Shown here: positions 9,001 to 17,203 of the stretch, piece by piece
Layout: every line of letters starts with the position of its first letter
Position numbering within the stretch: the stretch's first letter is position 1
Assembly: GCA_964561935.1 (NCBI GenBank)
Contig: CAZLQX010000004.1
Span: forward strand, 157,414-221,413
Direction: 5' to 3'
From: an uncultured Holophagales bacterium
Lineage (GTDB): Bacteria; Acidobacteriota; Thermoanaerobaculia; UBA5066
Length of the DNA stretch: 64,000 bases
Notes under the pieces: model-generated
Databases searched by the model: none
What the model was told of the DNA's origin: nothing
What the model saw: only the letters and a program-made list of their open reading frames with translations
Translations under genes and position numbers: made by a program

Positions 9001-11651
9001 CCGGGCGGGAAGCAGCCGACGCCGTCGATCCGGAACGAGCGGATGCCGGAGGAGGATGTCTTCGCGGGGTCGCAGGCCGCGCGCGCGAGGACCGACCAGT
9101 AGTAGAGGCCGCCGACGTCGAGGCCCGAGGGCGTCCAGCTCGTCGAGGTCAGGCCCGGGGCCGCGAGGGGCGGAGGGGTGGTGGCGCCGAAGAAGACGTC
9201 GTAGGTCCCGGCGCCGGAAGAGGCGGCCCACGAGAGCGTCGCGGAGGCGGCGGGGACCTTCGCTCCGTCGGCCGGCGCCGTGAGGACGACGGCGGAGGGT
9301 GCCGCACAGCCGGCGGACGTCGTGAAGGAGCGCACGGCCGACTCGGCCGAGGAGAACGGCACGCAGTAGGGGTCGCCCTTGGCGACGACCTTCCAGAAGT
9401 ACTTCGTCCCGGGCTGGAGGTTCGACGCCGCGAACGAGGTGGCGACGAGGTCGCTCGCGACGACCGTCGTCGGCGGGCTCGTCGCCCCGAGGAGGACGTC
9501 GTAGCGGAAGGCGCCGGAAACCGCCGACCACGACAGGGTCGGACCCGTGGAGACGCCCGCGCCTCCGTCGGAGGGAGACGAGAGCGTCGGCGGCGCCACC
9601 GTCACGCACGCGAAGACCGCGCGGACGCGGTTGCTCGTGTAGTCGGCCACGAACAGGTTCCCGGATCCGTCGAAGCAGAGCCCCGGAACCGTCCCGAACG
9701 TCGCAGCGCTCGCGGGGCCGCCGTCGCCGCTCGACCCGCGCTCCGGCGTCGACCGCCCGAAGGGGGCGACCTTGCGCGTCCCGGCGTCGTAGCGGGCCAT
9801 CGCGTCGCCGTTCCGGTACGAGAAGACGATGTTCCCCGCGGCGTCGACGGCGATCGCCTGCGGCTGGTAGATCACGGCCTCGAGCGCATCCACGGGCGTG
9901 TCGAAGCCCGTGGACCCGCCTCCGGCGACGGTGGAGATGCGGCCGTCCGTCGCGCCGACCCGCCGGATCCGCCCGTTGCCGCCGTCCGCGATGTAGACGT
10001 TCCCGGATCCGTCGGTGGCGAGGTCGCCGCTGTATGGGAGGTTCAGCCGTGCCGACGCGGCCGGGCCGCCGTCTCCCGAGAAGCCGGTGGCGCCGGTGCC
10101 GGCGAACGTCGTGATGACCCCGGTCGCGAGGTCGATCCGCCGTACCCGCTGGTCCGGGCCGTCGCTCACGAGGAGGCCGCCGTTTCCGTCGAGCGCCATC
10201 CCGCGGGGACCGACGAGCCGGGCCTGCGTCGCGGCCGCGCCGTCTCCCGGGCTCGCGGAGCCCCCGCCCGCGAATCGCGTGAGGAGGCCGCTCCCGGCGT
10301 CGGCGCGGTAGACGATGTTCCCCGCCGTGTAGTAGACGTTCCCCGCCGGGTCGGCCAGAACGCTCGTCGGCAGGATCACGACGCCTGCGTTCGCGGGGAC
10401 GTCGACGGTGGCCCCGGAGGAGCGGCCGTTTCCGGCGACCGTCGAAATCCCGCCGCCGGGGTGGAGCTTCCGGATCCGGAACCCCATGAACTCGGGGACG
10501 AGGATCCCTCCGTCGGGCGCCGGGGCGACGTCGTTGGGGTGATAGAGGAGCGCCGACGTCGCGGCCCCCCCGTCTCCGACGTCGCCTCCTTCTCCCCCCG
10601 CGAGACGGGAGACGGCCCCGGTCGCGGGATCGAAGCGAGAGGCGCCCGAGGGGAAGGTCCCGCCCTCCGCGGCGACGAGACTTCCGCCCGGGCCGGCGAC
10701 GAGGCCGTAGACGTAGCCGAGACGCGGGCCGGTCGTCAGCAGGCCCGTCGACGTCGAGACCTTCAGGAGGAGCGTGGCGTCCCCGATCCAGAGGTTCCCG
10801 CCGGAGTCGAAGGCGATGCTGAACGGCTGCAGGAGACCGGACTCGACGGCCGGGGCCCCTTCGCGCACGATGGCCGTCCCGTCGCCGGCGATCGTCGAGA
10901 TGATCCCCGTCGAGGCCGAGACCTTCCGGATCCGCTTCGCGGCGAGATCGGCGACGAGCAGGTTGCCGGCCGCGTCGAACGCCATTCCCCGCGGCCCCCA
11001 GAGGCGCGCTTCGGTCGCGGGGCCGCCGTCTCCGGCGTAGGCACAGAAGCCCGTCCCCGCGACGGTCGTGATGACCCCCGTTCCCGCGTCGATCCTCCGG
11101 ACGCGGCAGTCGCAGTGGTCCGAGACGTAGACGTTCCCGGCAGCGTCCCGGGCGAGGCCGCCGGGACAGCCGAACAGGGCGTCGCGGGCCGGGCCGCCGT
11201 CTCCGAGAACGTCTCCTCCGCCGGCCCAGGTCGAAACGACGAGCGCCGTCAAGTCGATCCGGCGGATCCGGCGGTTCGACGTGTCGGCGACGAGGAGTCC
11301 CCCGTCGTGCAGGAGGAGGGCCGTCGGCGCGTTGAAGCTCGCCTGCGAGGCGGGCAGGCCGTCCCCGGCGAGCGCACCGACGCCGTTCCCGGCAAGCGTG
11401 TGGAGACGTCCCGTGGCCGGGTCGATGCGGCGGATCCGCTGTCCCCCGGCCTCCGCGAGGTACACGGTCCCGTCGGTGCCGACGGCGACGCCCGCCACCT
11501 CGTTCAGCCTCACCTCCGTCGCGAGGCGCCCGTCGTCGGTCCCGCCGCCCGCGACGGTCAGGATCGACTGCCCGCGGACGGGGAAGGAGAGGAGCGGCGC
11601 GCAGAGCGCGAGGGAGGGCAGGACGAGCCACGCGGGTCCGGAACGAGCCAT
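6090..11651 (-). CDS. Giant secreted NHL-repeat protein (1852 aa). It has two NHL beta-propeller regions, four Cys-bracketed ~100-aa Fn3/PKD-like repeats and a ~900-aa uncharacterised C-terminal region.
   Basis: Signal peptide MARSGPAWLVLPSLALCAPLLSFPVRGQ. Many NHL units (GDGGPA...L..P.G.A.D..GN.YVAD..N.RIRRID..TG.I.T.AG). Four tandem repeats carry the SW..S.GA..YDV..G.T.PP........T..........Y.W.V.A.A.CDPA motif. Confidence 0.85.
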   Translation of the reverse strand: MARSGPAWLVLPSLALCAPLLSFPVRGQSILTVAGGGTDDGRLATEVRLNEVAGVAVGTDGTVYLAEAGGQRIRRIDPATGRLHTLAGNGVGALAGDGLPASQASFNAPTALLLHDGGLLVADTSNRRIRRIDLTALVVSTWAGGGDVLGDGGPARDALFGCPGGLARDAAGNVYVSDHCDCRVRRIDAGTGVITTVAGTGFCAYAGDGGPATEARLWGPRGMAFDAAGNLLVADLAAKRIRKVSASTGIISTIAGDGTAIVREGAPAVESGLLQPFSIAFDSGGNLWIGDATLLLKVSTSTGLLTTGPRLGYVYGLVAGPGGSLVAAEGGTFPSGASRFDPATGAVSRLAGGEGGDVGDGGAATSALLYHPNDVAPAPDGGILVPEFMGFRIRKLHPGGGISTVAGNGRSSGATVDVPANAGVVILPTSVLADPAGNVYYTAGNIVYRADAGSGLLTRFAGGGSASPGDGAAATQARLVGPRGMALDGNGGLLVSDGPDQRVRRIDLATGVITTFAGTGATGFSGDGGPAASARLNLPYSGDLATDGSGNVYIADGGNGRIRRVGATDGRISTVAGGGSTGFDTPVDALEAVIYQPQAIAVDAAGNIVFSYRNGDAMARYDAGTRKVAPFGRSTPERGSSGDGGPASAATFGTVPGLCFDGSGNLFVADYTSNRVRAVFACVTVAPPTLSSPSDGGAGVSTGPTLSWSAVSGAFRYDVLLGATSPPTTVVASDLVATSFAASNLQPGTKYFWKVVAKGDPYCVPFSSAESAVRSFTTSAGCAAPSAVVLTAPADGAKVPAASATLSWAASSGAGTYDVFFGATTPPPLAAPGLTSTSWTPSGLDVGGLYYWSVLARAACDPAKTSSSGIRSFRIDGVGCFPPGSFSLSAPADGAAGQPPDLTVSWGASPGAASYDLYLGLTTSPPLYLSGLTSTSLALRGLSAGATYRWKVVARAACDPAAAAATAIRSFAVRGTCTAPGATSFTFLPPGAVGAGQRYVVAWSAAPGLGAGDGYVVERSASPSFSPLLDTVTTTSLFASFAAPSPVSVYHRVRAVPACDPAKAGPWSSSGLVPVTSAKPNVVFSRAPEATVLALGDRLEDQKSLFSLENVTASPIQVFLGRQELSSPPFFTIADPSGGDAAVLTLLPHAPKVLEVRYSGPRNDVSGAYQGVIFAASVGAGLAVTPWAYVSLKVGSSPDALPEFRVGGVSTEYAAFPGLSGSDAGRAPLSVDVLNPGSSPLELAAEVGPELWLSLEPGWNATPVPPGGTRTLKLSTVRMRAPNGSALPRYTYLTLRTRGGRTSRLLVQDNDAPLLSSGRGAGAVRPEASFLVPSVAHVTSALGNTFVSRLSLSNSGTEAVQAELVFTPASSDSHLVDGFDSAAIKRATVLVPPNDLVRLSDPLVLLFGLTPPASGTLEVRAPPSRAGFLSVSSSVDAPSRSGGSFGFALPVFRSGEGIRAGSSSVITAVASDAAERTNLILAETTGVDAAVTRVSLLDRSGNPLGSESVTVPRWGQRQLSGVLQRLGGSFGSRAARLEISVVSGGGTLAAATTVVDNANDDAVAFAARALGTGGAVARSLRTIRPAWAGATGTVKSLVPALVNGYRTFPSSAEPFTFRSVMGFTSLSSAPAVFRMTYFDLASGQTLHHELTVPGRQTAEYPNVLEQLFGIAPGEKSQGPLFVESDPQGLLWCRVASSLANGTIGDAFPVVPIPSDGLTGGGTARLVSVDGLEQSVDPTRGTRSNLLLNEVAGKGVTLLVSLYEAGNRSAPIAEREVSLSPLEKRQLSTVFSELGLDREDRRKDRTNVLCTVRAVSGEGLASAVVTTIDNRTGDTRNVALAPASAGAGGVAIGF

Positions 11652-11858
11652 CTCAGCCTCCCGAGGCCTGACCGTCTGGCCCTGCCGGCCGCCCGCCTTC
11701 CGTCCCGAAGACGCATTCTGCGGGAGAGCCGGCGGGCGGATGCCTCCGCCGTCCCCGTGTCCGTCGCGCGTTCTGGCGCTCCCTCTAGTTTGGTCACGCG
11801 CGGTGCGGCCCGCAAGGACGGCGTGCCCCCCGCTGCGTCACGGGGTCCCGACGCCGGT

Positions 11859-12566
11859 TCAGCGGGCGACGCCGGCGACGAGGCGTTTCGCCCGCTCGAG
11901 GATGGTGTCGAACATCGCGGGCGTCAGCCGCCCCGTGTTCGTGTTCTGCCGGCTGACGTGGTACGAGCCGAGGAGCGTCACCGCGCCGCGGCCCGGTACG
12001 TCGAGCGCCGCTTCCGCCCCGTGTCCGAACGCGGGGGCGGGTCGGGGGATCGCCGCCCCGGCGTCGCCCAGGACCCGCAGCGCCGAGGCCCACGCGAGGC
12101 CGCCGAGGGCGACGACGACGCGGACCCGCGGCAGGAGCGTCCATTCCCGCGCGAAGAACGGCCGGCAGCGGTCGAACTCCCCGGGCGTCGGCCTGTTGTC
12201 GGGGGGAGCGCAGCGGACCGGCGCGAGGACGTACGCGTCGCGGAGCGACAGTCCGTCGCCGCGGCGCGTCGACTCGGGCTGGCTCGCGAATCCGGCGCGG
12301 TGGAGCGCCGCGAAGAGGAAGTCGCCCGAGGAGTCGCCCGTGAAGACGCGTCCCGTCCGGTTCCCTCCGTGCGCCGCCGGGGCGAGGCCGACGAGGAGGA
12401 GCCGGGCGGCGGGGTCGCCGAAGCCGGGAACCGGGCGGGCCCAGTACGTCTCGCCCGCGTGGCGGCGCGGCGGATTCGCGGCCGCCTTCTCGCGCCACGC
12501 GACGAGCCTCGGGCAGGCGCGGCAGGCCTCGACCTCGCGCGCCAGCGCCGCGAGGGCCCGGCTCAC
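11859..12566 (-). CDS. udg: Uracil-DNA glycosylase, family 4 (Fe-S type).
   Basis: EACRACPRL Cys motif, LLVGLAPAAHGGNRTGRVFTGDSSGDFLF motif, C-terminal LLGSYHVSRQN. 4-nt overlap with the upstream antiporter gene. Confidence 0.85.
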   Translation of the reverse strand: MSRALAALAREVEACRACPRLVAWREKAAANPPRRHAGETYWARPVPGFGDPAARLLLVGLAPAAHGGNRTGRVFTGDSSGDFLFAALHRAGFASQPESTRRGDGLSLRDAYVLAPVRCAPPDNRPTPGEFDRCRPFFAREWTLLPRVRVVVALGGLAWASALRVLGDAGAAIPRPAPAFGHGAEAALDVPGRGAVTLLGSYHVSRQNTNTGRLTPAMFDTILERAKRLVAGVAR

Positions 12567-13642
12567 CGGGCGGTCCGCGCGCGCCGGAGCGCCTGCGCCG
12601 TCAGGACGGCGAGCGTCAGGACGGTGAGCGGGAGGACGAAGAAGACCATCGCGTTCTGGAGGGTGGGCAGGGAGGGCGAGGCGGTCGCCTTCATCACGAG
12701 GAACGAGGCGTACGCCGCGTAGAAGAAGAGGAAGAGCGCGCCCTCCCAGCGGGCGATGACGTGCCCGGTGAAGAAGATCGGGAGGCAGGCGACGGCCACC
12801 GCGATCATGACGGGCGTGTCGAACGAGAGCGCCTGGGCCGCGACCGGGACCCCGGCCGGGGCGACGAGGCCGGCCAGGCCCAGGACGCAGAGGACGTTGA
12901 AGATGTTCGAGCCGACGACGTTCCCGACGGCGATCTCGCGCTGGCCGCGAAAGGCGGCGAGGACCGAGGTCGCGACCTCCGGGAGCGACGTCCCCGCCGC
13001 GACGATCGTCAACCCGATGACGAGCTCGGAGACGCCGAGCGCCCGGGCGAACTCCACGGCGCCGTCGACGAGCCAGCGGGCCCCGAGGACGAGCATCGCG
13101 AGGCCTCCGAGGACGAGGAGGACGTTGACCGCGGCCGGTCCCGTCGACTCGGGCTTCGTCTCCGGCTCCGCCGCCCGCCGGTCCGCGGCCTCCTTCCGGC
13201 TCTGGAGGACGGAGTAGACCGTGTAGGCGAGGATCCCCGCGAAGAGGAGGGCCCCGTCGAGCCTTCCGATCCGCCCGTCGAGCGCGAGGGCCGGGAGGAG
13301 GAGCGAGGCGCCGATCATGACCGGCACGTCGCGCCGCATGAGCTGCCGGTCGACGAGGAGCGGCGCGACGAGGGCCGAGAGGCCGAGGATGAAGAGGACG
13401 TTGAAGACGTTCGAGCCGACGACGTTTCCGTAGGCGATGTCGGCGCGTCCGGTGAACGCCGCCTTGACGCTCACGGCCATCTCCGGCGCGCTCGTCCCGA
13501 AGGCGACGACGGTCAGGCCGACGACGAGGGGCGAGACGCCGGCGGCGAGGGCGAGGCGCGAGGCGCCTCGGACGAGGAGGTCCGCCCCGAGGATGAGGAG
13601 GCCGATCCCGGCGAGGAAGAGGAGGAGGGTCGTGGCGCTCAC
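12563..13642 (-). CDS. Ca2+/Na+ (CaCA family, YrbG-like) cation antiporter.
   Basis: Two alpha-repeats GTSAPEMAVS and GTSLPEVATS, about 10 TM helices. GTG start (VSATTLLLFLAG) at 13642. The ORF-track 932-aa entry is over-extended upstream into low-complexity sequence. Confidence 0.85.
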   Translation of the reverse strand: MSATTLLLFLAGIGLLILGADLLVRGASRLALAAGVSPLVVGLTVVAFGTSAPEMAVSVKAAFTGRADIAYGNVVGSNVFNVLFILGLSALVAPLLVDRQLMRRDVPVMIGASLLLPALALDGRIGRLDGALLFAGILAYTVYSVLQSRKEAADRRAAEPETKPESTGPAAVNVLLVLGGLAMLVLGARWLVDGAVEFARALGVSELVIGLTIVAAGTSLPEVATSVLAAFRGQREIAVGNVVGSNIFNVLCVLGLAGLVAPAGVPVAAQALSFDTPVMIAVAVACLPIFFTGHVIARWEGALFLFFYAAYASFLVMKATASPSLPTLQNAMVFFVLPLTVLTLAVLTAQALRRARTAR

Positions 13643-13683
13643 GCGGGGCGGTATAACACCGCGCCCGCGGGCGCTATTCCGGC

Positions 13684-15828
13684 CTACGGCAGGAAGGCCC
13701 GCGTCACCTTGAGGAGGACCTGCCAGGTCCGGCGTTCGAGGCCCTCGCCGGTCGCCCTGTTGTAGACGAGGTAGACGTCGGAGCCGGGCCGCCAGATCCA
13801 CCTCAGGCGCGCGTTCAGGCTCGTGACGTCCGAATCGGAGTTCACCTGCGCGTAGGCGGTCGCGAGGAGGGAGCGGGAGAAGTTCCAGGTGGCCCTCAGG
13901 CCCGCGAGGGAGGCGGTGAAGGAGCCGGCGGGGAGGCGCACGTCGTTGTACTCGCCGGTCGCCTCGACGAGGAGGTGGGAATTCGGGCGGTAGGAGGCCT
14001 CGAGGGCCCAGGTCTCCCCCTGCCCGCCGTAGAACGACCCCCACTCGACCCCGGCCGACGCGGCGAGGACGCCGGCCGGGCTCGTCCCGAGCTCGATACC
14101 GTGGCGGCGGTTCCAGTAGCCGCCGGCCGGGATGACGACGCCGGGACGGATCTCGAACGGCTCGTCCAGCCGGTCCCACTCGTTCGAGAAGGGCTCCGCC
14201 TCGAGGAAGCTCGCGTCGCGCCCCTCGGCCTTCAGCTCGAGGCGGACCTCCCGGCCGACGGGGTCGCCCTCCATGTCCTCGAAGTAGTCGAGCTCGCCGC
14301 CGACCTCCCACGCTCGCACGAAGCCCGCCTTCGGGAAGAAGCGGCGGCCCGCGCGGGCGAAGGCGTTCGTGATCCCCGTCCGCGGGACGAAGCCGATCCC
14401 GGGGTCGAAGCCCTCGTCGTACCGCTTCAGGCTCGAGTAGGCGGACCACGTGCCGTCGTCGAACTGCCCCGAGACGCGCCAGCCGTCGGTGTCGGGCCGT
14501 CCTTCGGGGTCGCGCGTCGTCGCCCAGAAGGCGGTGAATCCGAGCGTCTCCGTCGGCTTCCAGTCGAGGTCGAGGCCGGCCGCGCGGTTCCACTCCTTCC
14601 CCGCGGGGCCGCCCTCGCGGTCGGTGAAGATGGCTCCGAAGGAGGAGCGCGCCCCGAGCGGGTGCCGGACGCGCGCGACGTAGAAGTCCGTCTCGGGAAG
14701 AGAGGCGGAATCGTCCTGGCGGATCGCGATGACGCCGACCTCGGTTCGGCCGACGTTCCCCGTCAGCCGCGCCCCGCCGACGATCGGAATCGGCTCCCCG
14801 TCGGGCGAGAGGCCGATCCGGCGCGAGTAGAAGACCTCGCCGAGCTCGTTCTGCCCGAAACGGGTGAAGCCGATCCGCTCGAGGAAGAACTCCCGCTTCT
14901 CGGGGAAGAAGACCGGGAAGCGCGTCAGGTTCACGCGCTGCGTGTCGGCCTCCACCTGCGCGAAGTCGGTCCGGAACGTCGCGTCGAGGACGAGCGTCGG
15001 CGTGACGCCGACCTTGGCGTCGAGGCCCGCGTCGAACGTCCCGCCCGTCCGGTAGCCGCCCCCGGCCTCGCGCACGTTCCGGTCGTAGCCGGTCAGGAGG
15101 AACGGCTTGATCACGAGGGGGAGGCGCCGCTCGAGCCGGAAGCCGGCGAGAGTTCCGGCCATCGAGATCCTCGTCGGGCCCGCCTCCCGTCGCCAGGCGC
15201 CCCACGAGGAGCTCTCCTGCCTCCGCCGCAGCACCCGGGTCACGTTGAAGCCGAAGGCGGTCGCCCCGTCGGGATATCGGAGCGCGGAGAGGGGGATCGC
15301 GATCTCGGCCCGCCAGCCGTCGGGGCCGATCGAGGCGCGCGACTCCCAGATCGCGTCCCACTCGTCCTCCTCGGCCCCCTCGTTCGTGACGAGGGCGTCG
15401 TACTGCGTCCCGAGCGGGTTCACGCGGAAGACGGAGGCGTTGCGGCGGTCGAGGTAGGAGTCGACGGCGACGCTCACCCAGTCGTCCGAGACGAAGTCGC
15501 CGTCCCGGTCGTACTGGCGCGCCGAGATCCGTGCGGCCTCCCGGTCGAAGCAGACGAGGCCGACGACGAGCGTTCGTGGCGTCACGACGACGCGAACCTC
15601 CGTCCGCTCGGTCGCGGGCGCCCCCTCGTCGGGGGAGCGCTGCGTGAAGCGGTCGAGGAGAGGGGCGTCTTTCCAGAGAGGGTCGCCGAGCCTTCCGTCG
15701 AGGTGGACCTCGCGCTCGGCGACGAGCGCGGCAAGAGGCTCCTCCGGCCTCTGCGCGAGGCCGGGGGGGCCGGGGAGGAGCGGGAGGATGAGGAGCGCGG
15801 CCCGGAACGGGCCTCGGAGGAGCTGCAA
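13684..15828 (-). CDS. DUF5916 family protein with an N-terminal CBM9-like/DOMON-like domain. Probably outer membrane.
   Basis: Signal peptide (M)QLLRGPFRAALLILPLLPGPPGLAQ. CBM9-like segment VHLDGRLGDPLWKDAPLLDRFTQRSPDEGAP...SDDWVSVAVDSYLDRRNASVFRVNPLGTQYDAL, and a long beta-rich C-terminal region. The start (TTG 15828) is uncertain. The ORF-track entry runs into the rocD region in another frame. Confidence 0.7.
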   Translation of the reverse strand: MQLLRGPFRAALLILPLLPGPPGLAQRPEEPLAALVAEREVHLDGRLGDPLWKDAPLLDRFTQRSPDEGAPATERTEVRVVVTPRTLVVGLVCFDREAARISARQYDRDGDFVSDDWVSVAVDSYLDRRNASVFRVNPLGTQYDALVTNEGAEEDEWDAIWESRASIGPDGWRAEIAIPLSALRYPDGATAFGFNVTRVLRRRQESSSWGAWRREAGPTRISMAGTLAGFRLERRLPLVIKPFLLTGYDRNVREAGGGYRTGGTFDAGLDAKVGVTPTLVLDATFRTDFAQVEADTQRVNLTRFPVFFPEKREFFLERIGFTRFGQNELGEVFYSRRIGLSPDGEPIPIVGGARLTGNVGRTEVGVIAIRQDDSASLPETDFYVARVRHPLGARSSFGAIFTDREGGPAGKEWNRAAGLDLDWKPTETLGFTAFWATTRDPEGRPDTDGWRVSGQFDDGTWSAYSSLKRYDEGFDPGIGFVPRTGITNAFARAGRRFFPKAGFVRAWEVGGELDYFEDMEGDPVGREVRLELKAEGRDASFLEAEPFSNEWDRLDEPFEIRPGVVIPAGGYWNRRHGIELGTSPAGVLAASAGVEWGSFYGGQGETWALEASYRPNSHLLVEATGEYNDVRLPAGSFTASLAGLRATWNFSRSLLATAYAQVNSDSDVTSLNARLRWIWRPGSDVYLVYNRATGEGLERRTWQVLLKVTRAFLP

Positions 15829-15869
15829 GACGCCCTCTGGTACGGAGCCCGTTCCGGCCGGGTTTCGTC

Positions 15870-17081
15870 TCAGCCGAGGACGGCCTCGAGCTGGTCGACG
15901 GCCCAGTCGATCTCCTCGCGCGTGATTACGAGGGGCGGTGCGAGGCGGATCGTCTGCGCGTGGGTGTCCTTGCAGAGCATCCCGCGGTCCTTCAGCTGAT
16001 AGCAGTACGGTCGCGCGGGGCCGGCGGAGAGCTTCAGCTGGACGCCGGCCCAGAGGCCGCGGACGCGGACCGCTTCGACCTTGTCGGTCTTCATCGTCCG
16101 AAGCCGTGCCTCGAGGTGGACGCCGAGCTCGGCCGCCCGCTCGACGAGCTTCTCCTCGACGAGGACGTCGAGCGCCTCGGAGGCGACGGCGCAGGCGAGC
16201 GGGTTCCCGCCATAGGTCGAGCCGTGGATGCCGGGGGTGAAGACGTCCATCACCGCGTTCGAGGCCAGGAACGCGCTGACGGGGTAGAAGCCGCCCGAGA
16301 GCGCCTTGCCGATCGTGACGCCGTCGGGGCGGATCCCCTCGTGCTCGAAGGCGAAGAGCTTGCCGGTCCTCCCGAGGCCCGACTGGATCTCGTCGAGGAC
16401 GAGGAGGCACTCCTTCCGGTCGGCGATCGCGCGTAGGCCTTTGAGGTACCCGTCGGGAGGGATGACGACGCCCCCCTCGCCCTGGATCGGCTCGACGAAG
16501 ATCGCGGCGGTCTTCGGCCCGACCGCGGCCTCGACGGCGGCGAGGTCGCCGTACGGGACGATCCGGAAGCCCGGGGTGAACGGACCGAAGAGGCTCGTCG
16601 AGTCGGGGTCGGTCGAGAAGCCGACGATCGTCGTCGTCCGGCCGTGGAAGTTCCCCTCGGCGACGACGATCTCGGCCTCGGGGTAGGGGACCTTCTTCAC
16701 GTCGTAGGCCCACTTCCGCATCGCCTTGATTGCGGTCTCGACCGCCTCGGCGCCGCTGTTCATCAGAAGCGCCTTCTCGAAGCCGGTGAGGCGGCAGAGC
16801 TTCTCGAGGAGCGGCGGGAACTGGTCGTTGCGGAACGCGCGGCTCGTCAGGGCGAGCGTCTTCGCCTGGCGGATCAGCGCCTCGGCGATCCGAGGGTGGT
16901 TGTGCCCCTGGTTCACGGCCGAGTAGGCGGCGAGGAAGTCCATGTACCGCTTGCCGTCGACGTCGGTGAGCCAGATCCCCTCCCCCTTCGTGCAGACGAC
17001 GTCGAGGGGGTGGTAGTTGTGGGCGCCCCAGCGGTTCTCCTGCTCGATGAGGGCGGCGGATCGGGTGGCGGTCTCGGGCAT
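15870..17081 (-). CDS. rocD: Ornithine aminotransferase (ornithine--oxo-acid transaminase), class III PLP aminotransferase.
   Basis: Full-length match to the OAT pattern: MNSGAEAVETAIK, FHGRTTTIVGFS, EPIQGEGGV, LLVLDEIQSGLGRTGK, TIGKALSGG. Confidence 0.93.
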   Translation of the reverse strand: MPETATRSAALIEQENRWGAHNYHPLDVVCTKGEGIWLTDVDGKRYMDFLAAYSAVNQGHNHPRIAEALIRQAKTLALTSRAFRNDQFPPLLEKLCRLTGFEKALLMNSGAEAVETAIKAMRKWAYDVKKVPYPEAEIVVAEGNFHGRTTTIVGFSTDPDSTSLFGPFTPGFRIVPYGDLAAVEAAVGPKTAAIFVEPIQGEGGVVIPPDGYLKGLRAIADRKECLLVLDEIQSGLGRTGKLFAFEHEGIRPDGVTIGKALSGGFYPVSAFLASNAVMDVFTPGIHGSTYGGNPLACAVASEALDVLVEEKLVERAAELGVHLEARLRTMKTDKVEAVRVRGLWAGVQLKLSAGPARPYCYQLKDRGMLCKDTHAQTIRLAPPLVITREEIDWAVDQLEAVLG

Positions 17082-17203
17082 GCTCGTCTCCCTCGGCCGG
17101 GCCCTCGGGAAGCCCGGGTCGTCGTCGTCTCGGTCGGCCCCCGGGGGCCGCGCCAGGCTCGGGGCGGGATCGTACCGGAGGAGCGCGCCGGCCGGCTCGC
17201 GCC

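Noticed and set aside
8700-9900. Periodic DNA repeats that might suggest a CRISPR array or tandem repeat DNA.
   Set aside because: The periodicity is about 300 nt and it is coding. It reflects the four protein-level Cys-bracketed repeats inside the NHL protein gene. There are no short direct repeats with unique spacers and no cas genes.
7530-12722. 1730-aa plus-strand ORF, and many other long ORFs such as 84..1505, 1336..4473, 1349..3868, 8233..11631, 13975..15999, 35013..37778, 47031..49466 and 26719..30294.
   Set aside because: Their translations are low-complexity Arg/Gly/Pro/Glu-rich with no motifs and no GC3 bias. They lie antisense or out of frame to clearly recognisable genes. They are a typical artefact of about 72% GC, where stop codons are rare in all frames.
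12563-15361. 932-aa version of the antiporter gene.
   Set aside because: Only the C-terminal 359 aa show CaCA-family features. The upstream 570 aa are Arg/Asp/Pro-rich with no TM helices. A GTG start at 13642 gives a canonical-length YrbG-like protein.
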